A DNA stretch of 64,000 bases from the NCBI GenBank assembly GCA_017525875.1, contig JAFXSG010000013.1:154-64153 (forward strand), read 5' to 3'. Below are positions 45,889-55,613 of the stretch, piece by piece. Position 1 is the stretch's first letter. Every line of letters starts with the position of its first letter. The notes beneath the pieces were generated by a model. It made no database searches, was not told the DNA's origin, and saw only the letters and a list, made by a program, of their open reading frames with translations. The position numbers and the translations under genes are program-made. The stretch comes from Clostridia bacterium (GTDB lineage: Bacteria > Bacillota > Clostridia > Christensenellales > CAG-138).

Positions 45889-47157
45889 TTACTCCGATTT
45901 CAAAACGCTCAGCACGCGCATGACCGCAAGCCTGCCGTGCGAATAGTTCAAAGCACCCTGCACGTAACCGGTATAAGGTTCGACGATCGGAGCGTCAGCC
46001 GAGAGCTCGATCGACGAGCCCTGAACGAACGCACCGGCAGCCATGATCACCTCGCTGCGATAACCGGGCATCGCATACGGCTCCGGAACAACGTAACCGT
46101 CCACCGGTGAGACCGACTGTATGCAGCGGCAGAATTCGATCAGTTCCTCTTTGGTTTTGAACCGGAGCGCCTGCACGATGTCACTGCGCTCCGCAGTGCT
46201 CGAAGGCATGCTCGCAAGGCCGAGGCTTTCAAACGTTTTTGCAAACAGTGCGCTCGTTTTCAGGCTTTGAGCGACGACGTGCGGAGCCGAGAACAGCCCT
46301 TGATAGAAAGGCAGATAGCTGCCGAAATATGAACCCGCTTCCCTGCCGATACCGGGAACCGTCAGCCTGTTGGCTATCCTGTCGACGATATCCTTCCTTC
46401 CGGCAAAGTAGCCGCCCGTCGGCGCCAGGCCGCCGCCGGGGTTCTTGATGAGAGAACCGACGATGATATCGGCGCCGTACTGAAGCGGCTCTTCCTTACG
46501 GGTGAATTCGCCGTAGCAGTTGTCCACAATTATAATTGTTTCCGGAGATATTTCTTTTATAATATGAAATACATCGCCCATTTTTTCAGGTAGGATAGCC
46601 TCGCGCCAGGCATAACCGCGCGAACGCTGAACGTGAACGAGCTTCGGTTTCAGGCGCCGGACTGCCTTTTCAATGGACGGGATGTCGAAATCACCGTTCA
46701 TCATCAGGTCGATCTTTTCGTATTTTATGCCGTATTCGCTGAGCGAACCCTCGGCCTCGCCCTCGATGCCGATCGCTTCCACCAAAGTGTCATAAGGCTG
46801 ACCGGATATCGCCAGCATCGTATCACCCGGCAGCAAGATTCCCGATAAAACAAGGAAAATCGCGTGCGTTCCGGAGATGATCTGCGGGCTGACGATCGCC
46901 GCCTCCGCTCCGAAGCTGTCTGCAAACACTCTGTCAAGTCCGTCCCTGCCGACGTCGTCATAGCCGTAGCCGGTCGACGGATTGAAGTGATGAGCCGCGA
47001 TCCTGTTTTTGATGAACGCCGAAAGCACCTTCGCTTCGTTTGCGCACTCGATGTCATCGATTCGGTCGAAAACGTCCGAAAGCTCGCTTTCAAGCCTGCA
47101 TACGGTATCGTACGCTTCCTTTGTTATTTGCAGTTTTTCATAGTTTTTATCATACAT
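45889..47157 (-). CDS. ynbB: YnbB family (aluminium-resistance / methionine gamma-lyase-like) PLP protein
   Basis: STGYGYDDVGRD, PQIISGTHA, QRSRGYAWR, DNCYGEF, GSLIKNPGGGLAPTGGY and SIELSADAP match B. subtilis YnbB from memory. Confidence 0.85.
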   Translation of the reverse strand: MYDKNYEKLQITKEAYDTVCRLESELSDVFDRIDDIECANEAKVLSAFIKNRIAAHHFNPSTGYGYDDVGRDGLDRVFADSFGAEAAIVSPQIISGTHAIFLVLSGILLPGDTMLAISGQPYDTLVEAIGIEGEAEGSLSEYGIKYEKIDLMMNGDFDIPSIEKAVRRLKPKLVHVQRSRGYAWREAILPEKMGDVFHIIKEISPETIIIVDNCYGEFTRKEEPLQYGADIIVGSLIKNPGGGLAPTGGYFAGRKDIVDRIANRLTVPGIGREAGSYFGSYLPFYQGLFSAPHVVAQSLKTSALFAKTFESLGLASMPSSTAERSDIVQALRFKTKEELIEFCRCIQSVSPVDGYVVPEPYAMPGYRSEVIMAAGAFVQGSSIELSADAPIVEPYTGYVQGALNYSHGRLAVMRVLSVLKSE

Positions 47158-47158
47158 T

Positions 47159-48103
47159 TCATTCACCTGCCGTGAAATATTCAAGTATCTTTTGCGGCAG
47201 TTCTTCTTTAAGTTCATCTGCCGCAAACCAGCGTATTCGTTTGTCGCGCTTGAACCAGCTTATCTGCCGCTTTGCAAAGCGCCTCGTGTCGCGTTTGATC
47301 AGTTCAACAGCTTCCTCAAAAGAGTATTCGCCGTTCCTGAATGCGATAAGCTGCTTGTAGCCAAGCCCCTGCAGCGCGGGCAGAGAAGGATCGCAGCCTC
47401 GTTTCAATATCGAATCGACCTCGTTGAGCAAGCCCTGTTCGATCATGATATCTACACGCTTTTCGATGCGTGTGTACAGAAGCGCTCTGTCCATCGTTAT
47501 GCCTGCGATAAGCGGATCAAATTCGATCTCCCCGCCCCGCTCGTTGGCGAAGTCTCCGCCGTGGCTCGTGAGCGTTTTACCTGTTTGTTCATAAACCTCT
47601 ATCGCGCGGATCAATCGCTTCGTATCGTTGGCGTGGAGCCTCGCGGCGGCTGTCGGATCTATGGAAGCAAGCATATCGCGAAGGAACCCCGGCTTTTCCC
47701 TCTCGAGCTTTGCAAGCTCTTCCCTGCGTTCGAAATCGGGTTCGGCAGCGGAAAAATTTAGCGGGAAAATCAGCGAATTGACGTACAGCCCCGTTCCGCC
47801 GACTATCAGCGGCTTCTTCCCGCGGGAAACGATCTCGCGAATGAGCTTTGCGGCCCTCTCGCGGTAGACCGCAACGTTGAAGCCCGTATCGTCTATATCC
47901 ACGCAGTCCAGCAGATGGTGCGGCACGCCGCTCATCTCCTCTTTCGTAGGCTTTGCGGAACCGATATCGAGCGTTTTATAGATCTGGATCGAGTCCGCGG
48001 AGATGATCTCTGCATTCATGCGCTTTGCGATCTCGATCGAGCACGCAGTTTTCCCACAGGCGGTCGGTCCGACGATCAGATAGATTTTCGGCTTGCCGGG
48101 CAT
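47159..48103 (-). CDS. miaA: tRNA dimethylallyltransferase
   Basis: IVGPTACGKT (P-loop), SADSIQIYK.LDIGSAKP, GGTGLY. Confidence 0.95.
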   Translation of the reverse strand: MPGKPKIYLIVGPTACGKTACSIEIAKRMNAEIISADSIQIYKTLDIGSAKPTKEEMSGVPHHLLDCVDIDDTGFNVAVYRERAAKLIREIVSRGKKPLIVGGTGLYVNSLIFPLNFSAAEPDFERREELAKLEREKPGFLRDMLASIDPTAAARLHANDTKRLIRAIEVYEQTGKTLTSHGGDFANERGGEIEFDPLIAGITMDRALLYTRIEKRVDIMIEQGLLNEVDSILKRGCDPSLPALQGLGYKQLIAFRNGEYSFEEAVELIKRDTRRFAKRQISWFKRDKRIRWFAADELKEELPQKILEYFTAGE

Positions 48104-50091
48104 CAGATTATCCTCTTGAACATCTTTTGAAGGTCGTTCTTTGAAACGCGGATAAGCACGGGCCTTCCGTGAGGGCAGGTCAGCGGTACGTCGTCGCCGG
48201 TGTACGCGTCAACAATGCTCTTGAGCTGCCTGATATCAAGGCTGTCCCCCGCTTTGACCGCGCGCTTGCAGGACATCTTAATGATCCTTGACCGCACGAC
48301 GTCAGCTTCGCGAGCGTCCTTGTTCTCTATCACCGCGTCGATAACATCCCTTAGGAACCGCTCGGCTCTTGCGTCCGGAAGGTTCGGAACGGCGTCAACT
48401 TTTAGGGTCGGTTCATTCGACACGTCGATCGAATAACCGAACTCCTCGAACCGTTCGATGTTCTCCGCAACGCAGTTGAAGGATACCGGATCAAGCGGCA
48501 TGATGATCGGCACGGCAAGCAGCTGAGAATCGAATTTCAACTTGCCGGAGATCAGTTTTTCATAGAGCATCCGTTCGTGAGCCGCATGCTGATCGATGTA
48601 GTAGATCGCTTCGCCCTGCTGAACGATTATGTAGGTATCGAACGCGGTGCCGATGATCCTGCAAGTGTCCGTATCAAGCGAAAGCTGCTCCGGTTTTTCG
48701 GCGAACTTCGGTTTTTCTTCACCGCCGACGTGGAACACCGGCACGGAGCCGAACGCTTCTTCGCGACCCCTGTCGGTCTTTGCGAAGGGATCGCTGTAAA
48801 CCGGTTTGGGCTGAGGCTTAAAATCCGGGATCGAAATCGTTCCGCTGTCACCGAGTGAAAAATCACTTGGCTTAACAGTGGGCTGAGCCTGCACGGCCGT
48901 ATCGAGAGCCTCGAACTCCTCTTTCTCCGCATGATCGGCAGGAAAACGGAAACCCGTTCCGGTCCCGCCGTTTTTGAAGATGTCGCGAACTTCTTTTTCA
49001 ACGTCCGGCTCATATTTCCGTTCGGTTTCAGAATAGAACGAGGGCTTGACCTCCGGGCGGATAGTTCCGCTGATCGCATCCATGCCGTTCATTATCGAAA
49101 CGGGGTTCCCTGCAAGTGCGTTCGTTATCGCCCGCGCTACGGTGTTTGCGATCCGCTCCTCGTCCTTGAATCGAACGGACAGCTTGTTCGGGTGCACGTT
49201 GACGTCCACTTCCCTGCTTGAAATGGTGATATTGAGCACGAGGAACGGGAAACGATGATTCATCAGCCGCGTCAGGAATGCGCGCTGAACGGCGTTGCTG
49301 ATGAGAGCGGAACGGATGTAGCGATGATTGACGAACACGCTCTGCTGCATGCGGTTGCTCCGCGCGATGCTCTCGCCGCCGACGTAGCCCGTGATGCGCA
49401 TATAGCCGTCGTCATGATCTACTCGGTAAAGCGACGTGAATACGCTGCTTCCGTATACGCTGAGGATCGTACCGGCAAGGTCTCCCCCGCCGTTCGTCTG
49501 CAGCGCGGTCCGGCCCGTATTCAGCAGTTTGATGGAGATATCGGGATTTGCAAGCATTAGCCTGCTCACGTAATCCGTGATGGCAGCGGCTTCGGTTCGG
49601 GCGTTTTTGATGAATTTCAGCCTTGCGGGAACGTTGTAGAACAGTTCGTTGACCTCGATCGTCGTTCCTGCAGGGCAAGCGCAGGGTTCAAGCGCCGTCT
49701 GTACGCCGCCTTCAACGGAAATGCGTGTGCCGCAGTCGCTTTCCTGCGTGCGAGTACGCATCACCACTTTTGAAACTGCCGCGATCGACGCCAGCGCTTC
49801 GCCGCGGAAACCGAAGCTCTCGATGTTTTCGAGATCCTCGACCGTGGTCAGCTTGCTCGTTGCGTGGCGCAGAAAAGCTGTCGGAACATCTTCCTCCGGA
49901 ATGCCGGCGCCGTTGTCGGTCACGCGGATATAGTCGACACCCCCGCCCCTTATCTCGACCGTGATCGCGGTCGCGCCGGCGTCGAGCGAGTTTTCAAGCA
50001 ATTCCTTAACGATGCTTGCCGGTCGTTCGACCACTTCGCCGGCGGCTATCTTGTTCGCAATATTCGGTTCAAGAACGTTTATATGTTTCAT
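48103..50091 (-). CDS. mutL: DNA mismatch repair protein MutL
   Basis: IAAGEVVERPASIVKELLENSLDAG (GHKL ATPase), GFRGEAL, and C-terminal QHAAHERMLYE and CPHGRP. Confidence 0.96.
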   Translation of the reverse strand: MKHINVLEPNIANKIAAGEVVERPASIVKELLENSLDAGATAITVEIRGGGVDYIRVTDNGAGIPEEDVPTAFLRHATSKLTTVEDLENIESFGFRGEALASIAAVSKVVMRTRTQESDCGTRISVEGGVQTALEPCACPAGTTIEVNELFYNVPARLKFIKNARTEAAAITDYVSRLMLANPDISIKLLNTGRTALQTNGGGDLAGTILSVYGSSVFTSLYRVDHDDGYMRITGYVGGESIARSNRMQQSVFVNHRYIRSALISNAVQRAFLTRLMNHRFPFLVLNITISSREVDVNVHPNKLSVRFKDEERIANTVARAITNALAGNPVSIMNGMDAISGTIRPEVKPSFYSETERKYEPDVEKEVRDIFKNGGTGTGFRFPADHAEKEEFEALDTAVQAQPTVKPSDFSLGDSGTISIPDFKPQPKPVYSDPFAKTDRGREEAFGSVPVFHVGGEEKPKFAEKPEQLSLDTDTCRIIGTAFDTYIIVQQGEAIYYIDQHAAHERMLYEKLISGKLKFDSQLLAVPIIMPLDPVSFNCVAENIERFEEFGYSIDVSNEPTLKVDAVPNLPDARAERFLRDVIDAVIENKDAREADVVRSRIIKMSCKRAVKAGDSLDIRQLKSIVDAYTGDDVPLTCPHGRPVLIRVSKNDLQKMFKRII

Positions 50092-52721
50092 TTCAGAAGC
50101 TTAGCCCTCGAGCTTATTTCATAGAGTTTTGCCAGCGCTTCAAGCGGCGTCATGCGTTCAACGTCCATTTTGGAAAGATCTTTTAGGATCGCATCCCCCT
50201 CCCCGCTTCCGGGTTCCGCTCCGAGCAAACTCATTTGCTCGGATATTTCGTTGGAACCTACACGCTTTGCGGCATTGTTTATGTCTGATTCTTCAAGCTC
50301 GGAAAGTATCTTTTTTGCCCTTTCAACCAGTTCGTCGGGAAGGCCGGCAAGCTTTGCTACCTGGATCCCGAAGCTCTTATCCGCTCCTCCGCGAACGATC
50401 TTGCGAAGGAAGATGATCGTGTCTCCGATCTCTTTAACGGAAATGCGGTAATTCTTAACCCCGGCAAGCTTGCCCTCAAGTTCGGTGAGCTCGTGATAAT
50501 GCGTTGCGAACAGCGCTTTAGCGCCGCACTTGTAGGTATCGGCGATGTACTCAAGCACCGCCCAAGCGATGCTGAGGCCGTCGAACGTGCTCGTTCCGCG
50601 GCCTATCTCATCGAGGATAAGTAAGCTCCTGCTCGTTGCGTTGTTGAGTATGTTGGCCATTTCGCTCATCTCGACCATGAACGTGCTTTGGCCGGTCGAT
50701 AGACTGTCCGACGCGCCGACGCGGGTGAAGATCCGGTCTGTAATGCATATATCGGCCTTCTTAGCCGGCACGAACGAGCCGATGTGCGCCATCAGTGTGA
50801 TAAGCGCCACCTGGCGCATATAGGTGCTCTTGCCGGCCATATTCGGCCCGGTGAGGATGATAAGGCGGTCGCCGGCCATATTCATCTCGGTGGAGTTCGG
50901 TATAAACGCGTCGCTCATGCTCAGCTCCACAACCGGATGCCGACCGTCGACGATGTTGATCCTGCCCTTGCTGTTGATCCTCGGGCGGCAGTACTTGTTA
51001 TCCGCAGCGACCTTCGCTAGAGAATACAGCGCGTCAAGCTCCGCTATAAGCTCAGCGTTTTGCTTGAGTCGGTCAAGGCATTCGAGCAGCTTTTCGCGGA
51101 TCTCGTTGAACAGGGTACACTCAAGCGTTGTGCAGCGATCCTTTGCGCTGAGAAGCTTTTCTTCGGTATCCTTAAGTTGAGGCGTGACGTAACGCTCCGC
51201 ATTCGCAAGCGTCTGCTTGCGCTGATATTCCATCGGAACGCTTCCGATAAATGATTTCGATACCTCGATATAGTACCCGAAAACGCGGTTGTAGCCAACC
51301 TTGAGCGTTCTTATTCCGGTGCGTTCGCGTTCCGCTGTTTCGAAATCCTCGATCCATTTCTTGCCGTTCTCCGCAAGATCGCGCAGCTCGTCCACTTCCG
51401 CATTGAAGCCCGTTCGGATAACGCCGCCGTCCCTTGCGGAGACAGGTGCATCGGGCGATATCGCCTCAAGCAGGAGCTTGCTTGTATCGTCCATCGGGTC
51501 AAGATGATCCGCGATGTACGCCGTACGCCTTCGCTCGAAGCACAGCGTTATCAAAACAAGGTTCGGAATGACCGAAAGCGTCGACCTGAGCGCTATGCAG
51601 TCCCTCGGCGTCACGGTGCCGTATGCGATTCGGCTGACGAGCCTTTCGATATCATAGACCTTTGAAAGGTTCGATGCCAGCACTTCGCGTTCGTTATTGG
51701 CAAGGAATATTGCGTCAACGGCGTCAAGTCGGTCGTTGATCTCGCTCTCGATCTGCAGCGGCTGCTCGATCCAACGGCGAAGGAGCCTTCCGCCCATCGC
51801 CGTTTCCGTCTTGTCAAGAACGTTCAAGAGTGTGTATTTTTTATTCCCATCGAAGCGTATCGGTTCCGTCAGCTCGAGATTATGCCTCGTCGTAGCATCG
51901 AGGCACATGTACTCGCTTCTAATCACCCTGACGATGCGTTTGATATGGATGAGCGCGTTCTTCTGAGTGTCTTCAAGGTAGCGCAGCAGCGCGCCGGGAG
52001 CCGCGATATCAAAGCTGTTGTCGCGGATACCGAAACCCGAGAGCGTTGCAACTTTGAAATGGCTTGTGAGCCTTTCCTGCGCCCGCGCGATGTCGAAGCT
52101 GCGCTGCTCGGCCTGTTCGGTGTAGAACTTGTTCTTGATGCGTTTAGCAAGGAGCTCATCGGAGAAAACGAGCTCATGCGCGATTATCTCGCGCGGCGAT
52201 ATGCGCACGAGTTCATTGTAAAGATCGTTTGAAGAGTTGGCTCCGTCAAGAGTAAAAGCGTAGAATTCACCCGTAGAAACGTCGCAGTACGCAACGCCGA
52301 AAGCCAGACCGCTGCCGCTCTTCTTTGCGGAGATGGCGGCAATGTAGCTGTTTTTCTTGTCATCCAGCATCTGCTCCTCTATAACGGTGCCCGGAGTTAT
52401 AACGCGGATAACGTCGCGCTCAACCAGCCCCTGCGCAAGCGCCGGGTCGGTAAGCTGCTCGCAAATCGCCACCTTATAGCCTTTTTCGATCAGTCTTGTT
52501 ATATAGCTGTTGACGGAATGATAAGGCACGCCGCACATCGGCGCGCGCTCCGAAAGACCGCAGTCCCTGCCTGTCAAGGTAAGTTCAAGCTCCTTTGAAG
52601 CGGTCTTCGCATCCTCAAAGAACATTTCATAAAAATCGCCGAGGCGGAAGAAAAGCAGGCAGTCGCTGTACTTTTCCTTCATCTCGAGATATTGCTGCAT
52701 CATCGGAGTAAGGCTCGCCAT
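50088..52721 (-). CDS. mutS: DNA mismatch repair protein MutS
   Basis: TPMMQQYLEMKEKY, FYEMFFEDA, the Walker A TGPNMAGKSTYMRQ, DEIGRGTSTFDG, THYHEL. Confidence 0.97.
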   Translation of the reverse strand: MASLTPMMQQYLEMKEKYSDCLLFFRLGDFYEMFFEDAKTASKELELTLTGRDCGLSERAPMCGVPYHSVNSYITRLIEKGYKVAICEQLTDPALAQGLVERDVIRVITPGTVIEEQMLDDKKNSYIAAISAKKSGSGLAFGVAYCDVSTGEFYAFTLDGANSSNDLYNELVRISPREIIAHELVFSDELLAKRIKNKFYTEQAEQRSFDIARAQERLTSHFKVATLSGFGIRDNSFDIAAPGALLRYLEDTQKNALIHIKRIVRVIRSEYMCLDATTRHNLELTEPIRFDGNKKYTLLNVLDKTETAMGGRLLRRWIEQPLQIESEINDRLDAVDAIFLANNEREVLASNLSKVYDIERLVSRIAYGTVTPRDCIALRSTLSVIPNLVLITLCFERRRTAYIADHLDPMDDTSKLLLEAISPDAPVSARDGGVIRTGFNAEVDELRDLAENGKKWIEDFETAERERTGIRTLKVGYNRVFGYYIEVSKSFIGSVPMEYQRKQTLANAERYVTPQLKDTEEKLLSAKDRCTTLECTLFNEIREKLLECLDRLKQNAELIAELDALYSLAKVAADNKYCRPRINSKGRINIVDGRHPVVELSMSDAFIPNSTEMNMAGDRLIILTGPNMAGKSTYMRQVALITLMAHIGSFVPAKKADICITDRIFTRVGASDSLSTGQSTFMVEMSEMANILNNATSRSLLILDEIGRGTSTFDGLSIAWAVLEYIADTYKCGAKALFATHYHELTELEGKLAGVKNYRISVKEIGDTIIFLRKIVRGGADKSFGIQVAKLAGLPDELVERAKKILSELEESDINNAAKRVGSNEISEQMSLLGAEPGSGEGDAILKDLSKMDVERMTPLEALAKLYEISSRAKLLK

Positions 52722-52722
52722 G

Positions 52723-54129
52723 TCATGCCTCCGTCTTTACGATATGTCCGTAAAGCGAATTGAAGCGAAGCCCGTCCACCTTGACCGGAACGAACGAACC
52801 TATCAGGCTCTTATCGCCTTCAACGTACACCATTTTAAAGTTTGACAGTTTGCCGAAAAGCAAAGGCTCCCCTCTGTGATCGACCCCTTCAACGAGGATG
52901 TCCCCTTCAAAGCCGATGTATTTCTCGTTATTTGCGGGGAAAGTCGAGGCCAGCACGGCATTCAGCCTGTTCAGTCTTTCCTTCTTTACCTCTTCCGGGA
53001 TCTGGTCTTCACGCGCCGCGGCGATAGTTCCTTCGCGCGGCGAATATGCAAAAGTGTATGCGTTTGCATAGCCAACGCTGCGCACAAGCTCGCAGGTCGA
53101 TTCAAAGTCTTCTTCGGTTTCTCCCGGGAAGCCGACGATGATGTCGGTCGTGAGCTCCACGTTCAGAACAGCGGCACGAAGCTTTTCAACCAGCAGCATA
53201 TAATCCGCGGTAGTATAGCGCCGGTTCATCAGCTTAAGGATCCTGTCGCTGCCGGATTGAACCGGCAGATGGATATGCTTGCATACGCGGTCGAGCTCCG
53301 CCATGGCAAGGATCAGCTCATCCGAAAGATCCTTCGGATGGGAAGTCATAAAGCGAAGACGCTTGAGTTCTGGCACCTCGTCGTGCACGAGCCTCAGAAG
53401 CTGCGGGAATGTCATGCCGTCGTAATTGTACGAATTTACGTTTTGTCCAAGGAGCGTGACCTCGGAATAACCCTCGGCGACAACTTCCCGGACTTCGCGA
53501 ACGATATCCTCGGGCTTTCTCGAGCGTTCACGCCCGCGGACGTACGGAACTATGCAGTAGGTGCAGAAATTGTTGCAGCCGTACATGATGTTTACGAACG
53601 TCGCAAACCCCGGCGCGCGCTCGACAGGCAGCCCTTCGATAACTTCACCGTCTGATTCCGTAACGCGGAAAATCCTCTCCTGCTCATCAAGCAGTTTTTC
53701 AAGCATTGACGGGAAATTTTTGAGTTCGTGCGTGCCAAAGACGAGGTCCACGAACGGGAAACGGGAAAACAGCCTCTTTGCAACTTCCTTCTGCTGCATC
53801 ATACAGCCGCATACGCCGAGTATAAGCCTCGGGTTGAGCTGCTTGAGTTCTTTTATAAACCCTACGTTGCCGAAAGTGCGTTTTTCGGCGTGTTCCCGAA
53901 CACAGCAAGTGTTGAAAATTATGATGTCCGCCTCATTCTTTGTCTCGGCTTTAGTGTAACCTGCGCGTACGAGCATCCCGGCCAGCTTTTCGGAATCGTG
54001 CTCGTTCATCTGGCAGCCATAGGTCTCGATATAGTATTTCAGGTTCATGCCATGGGTTTTCGCTTCGATCCTGTCGAGCGTTTCGAGGCAGAGCCGGAGA
54101 TCGTTTTCACCGAATTCGGTTCTTTCCAT
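52723..54129 (-). CDS. miaB: tRNA-i6A37 methylthiotransferase
   Basis: YIETYGCQMNEHDSE, the radical SAM CNNFCTYCIVP, and a C-terminal TRAM domain. ATG 54129 has gaagga upstream; the internal ATG 54048 lacks an SD. Confidence 0.93.
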   Translation of the reverse strand: MERTEFGENDLRLCLETLDRIEAKTHGMNLKYYIETYGCQMNEHDSEKLAGMLVRAGYTKAETKNEADIIIFNTCCVREHAEKRTFGNVGFIKELKQLNPRLILGVCGCMMQQKEVAKRLFSRFPFVDLVFGTHELKNFPSMLEKLLDEQERIFRVTESDGEVIEGLPVERAPGFATFVNIMYGCNNFCTYCIVPYVRGRERSRKPEDIVREVREVVAEGYSEVTLLGQNVNSYNYDGMTFPQLLRLVHDEVPELKRLRFMTSHPKDLSDELILAMAELDRVCKHIHLPVQSGSDRILKLMNRRYTTADYMLLVEKLRAAVLNVELTTDIIVGFPGETEEDFESTCELVRSVGYANAYTFAYSPREGTIAAAREDQIPEEVKKERLNRLNAVLASTFPANNEKYIGFEGDILVEGVDHRGEPLLFGKLSNFKMVYVEGDKSLIGSFVPVKVDGLRFNSLYGHIVKTEA

Positions 54130-54161
54130 ACGGTTTTCCTTCTTTATAATTTTGCACAGAG

Positions 54162-54190
54162 ATTATACACGAAACGGGGCAAATTGGCAA
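54162..54190 (-). promoter_or_regulatory. Putative miaB-mutSL operon promoter
   Basis: On the minus strand: ttgcca, 17-nt spacer, tataat, with an extended -10 TG. Confidence 0.5.
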
Positions 54191-54206
54191 CAGTTTTCGG
54201 AATCTG

Positions 54207-55589
54207 TCAACTCGTTTCATCGGGCTGAGGAGGCTTGACGCGAACCGATAAAGTATCAAATCCGGGTAGCGAAAACCGAAGAATATTGTCGGATAATTTG
54301 ACTTTCCTTATGATCGAACGGATAAAGTACTGCTGCTCGCAACGTGAAAGCTGCCCGATCACGGAAAAGTGTTCGAAATATTCGCGAATATGCTCCTCTT
54401 GGATGCCGAATTCGCGTTTCTTATAACGCAGATAATCAAGGCATATCTTTTCGAGTTCAAGCTCCGCTCTGTCCCTTTCAAGCTCGGAGAACGCTTTGCC
54501 GTATGGAAGCTCATGCCTCGAATCATACTTTCTGCGGAATGATCCCATTCGGTCGATGTAATCGGACTCGGCGGCAGTTTGCTTGGCAGAATACTTTATA
54601 TACTCATTTCTCGCTCCGGCGATACATTTCTCGATCAACACCGGCAGAACGGTCTTCAGTTTTCGGTCCATAGTGTTTATAAGCGCAGTTTCGATCTGAT
54701 CCGCGCGGAAACAAACGCCATCCTGTTCAGCGGATCGATACACGAGAAGTCTGAGACCGTTTCTTTCCCTGTACGGATATAGTTTTATGCCGTTATCATA
54801 CTCAATGAACTGAAAAAGAGGCGCGTCGGCGTCGATGTCTTTACTCCGTTTTTCGTTCAAAGCAGCGCATTTAAGCCAGACGTTCATCGGTACTATCGGC
54901 GGGTATGCGCTTTTACTTTCTGTCTGAACTCCCGCATAGACTTTGTTTTTGACCAATGAATAAAGCTGGCTGAGCGAAGGACATAGCTCAGCAGGGAATT
55001 TTTTGACTATTGCTTCCCCGATCTCTTTCAAAGTCTTCCCTTGTGAATATGCGAAGAATACGTATTTGATCATCTCCGCTGCTTCTCTTTTAATTATAAT
55101 CGTTCCGTCGACGTTCTCATATCCGAATACGGTCCTGCCTGCTGTCGGCCGTTCGTCCGACTGCTTTTGAGGTCTGAATTCGGCTTCCCATTCGCCTCCG
55201 ACGGAGTAATAATCGTTTATTGCGATTATGTAGCGCTCCGTCGCGGAAATTGCAGGCTGTTTTTTCAGGCTGATAACCGCTGCTCCCTTCAGCTCAAGCA
55301 GGTGCATCATCGCTTCGCGGGTTATTCCGTCGCTGTCAAAGCACTCCGGGCTCTGAACAAGAATCGAAGAGGCCCTGTCAAGCGCTGCCGACCTCATCAG
55401 ATTGAGTAATGAATACGGCGGCCCGTACGGTTTGTCAAATATAGCCTCGCTGATTTCAAGCCCGAGTTTTTGAGCGTGATCTCCAAGCTCCGCTTTGGCG
55501 ATTTCGCCTTCCTCAAGCGAACTGCATCGAATATACGCGATCGTTTTCTTTAACGTTGTTTCAGTTGTTTTATGTGGCTGTGCCGGCAA
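54207..55589 (-). CDS. Large serine recombinase-like protein with degenerate catalytic and zinc-ribbon motifs
   Basis: TTG start after aggaga. The N-terminus is resolvase-like (IAYIRCSSLEE). A recombinase domain (VFGYENVDGTIIIKREAAEMIKYVFFAYSQGKTLKEIGEAI) and a coiled-coil C-terminus follow. The conserved DRLxR arginines and the CxxC pairs are not seen. Confidence 0.7.
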   Translation of the reverse strand: MPAQPHKTTETTLKKTIAYIRCSSLEEGEIAKAELGDHAQKLGLEISEAIFDKPYGPPYSLLNLMRSAALDRASSILVQSPECFDSDGITREAMMHLLELKGAAVISLKKQPAISATERYIIAINDYYSVGGEWEAEFRPQKQSDERPTAGRTVFGYENVDGTIIIKREAAEMIKYVFFAYSQGKTLKEIGEAIVKKFPAELCPSLSQLYSLVKNKVYAGVQTESKSAYPPIVPMNVWLKCAALNEKRSKDIDADAPLFQFIEYDNGIKLYPYRERNGLRLLVYRSAEQDGVCFRADQIETALINTMDRKLKTVLPVLIEKCIAGARNEYIKYSAKQTAAESDYIDRMGSFRRKYDSRHELPYGKAFSELERDRAELELEKICLDYLRYKKREFGIQEEHIREYFEHFSVIGQLSRCEQQYFIRSIIRKVKLSDNILRFSLPGFDTLSVRVKPPQPDETS

Positions 55590-55613
55590 TTGCGGTCTCC
55601 TGTCAAAATGTAT

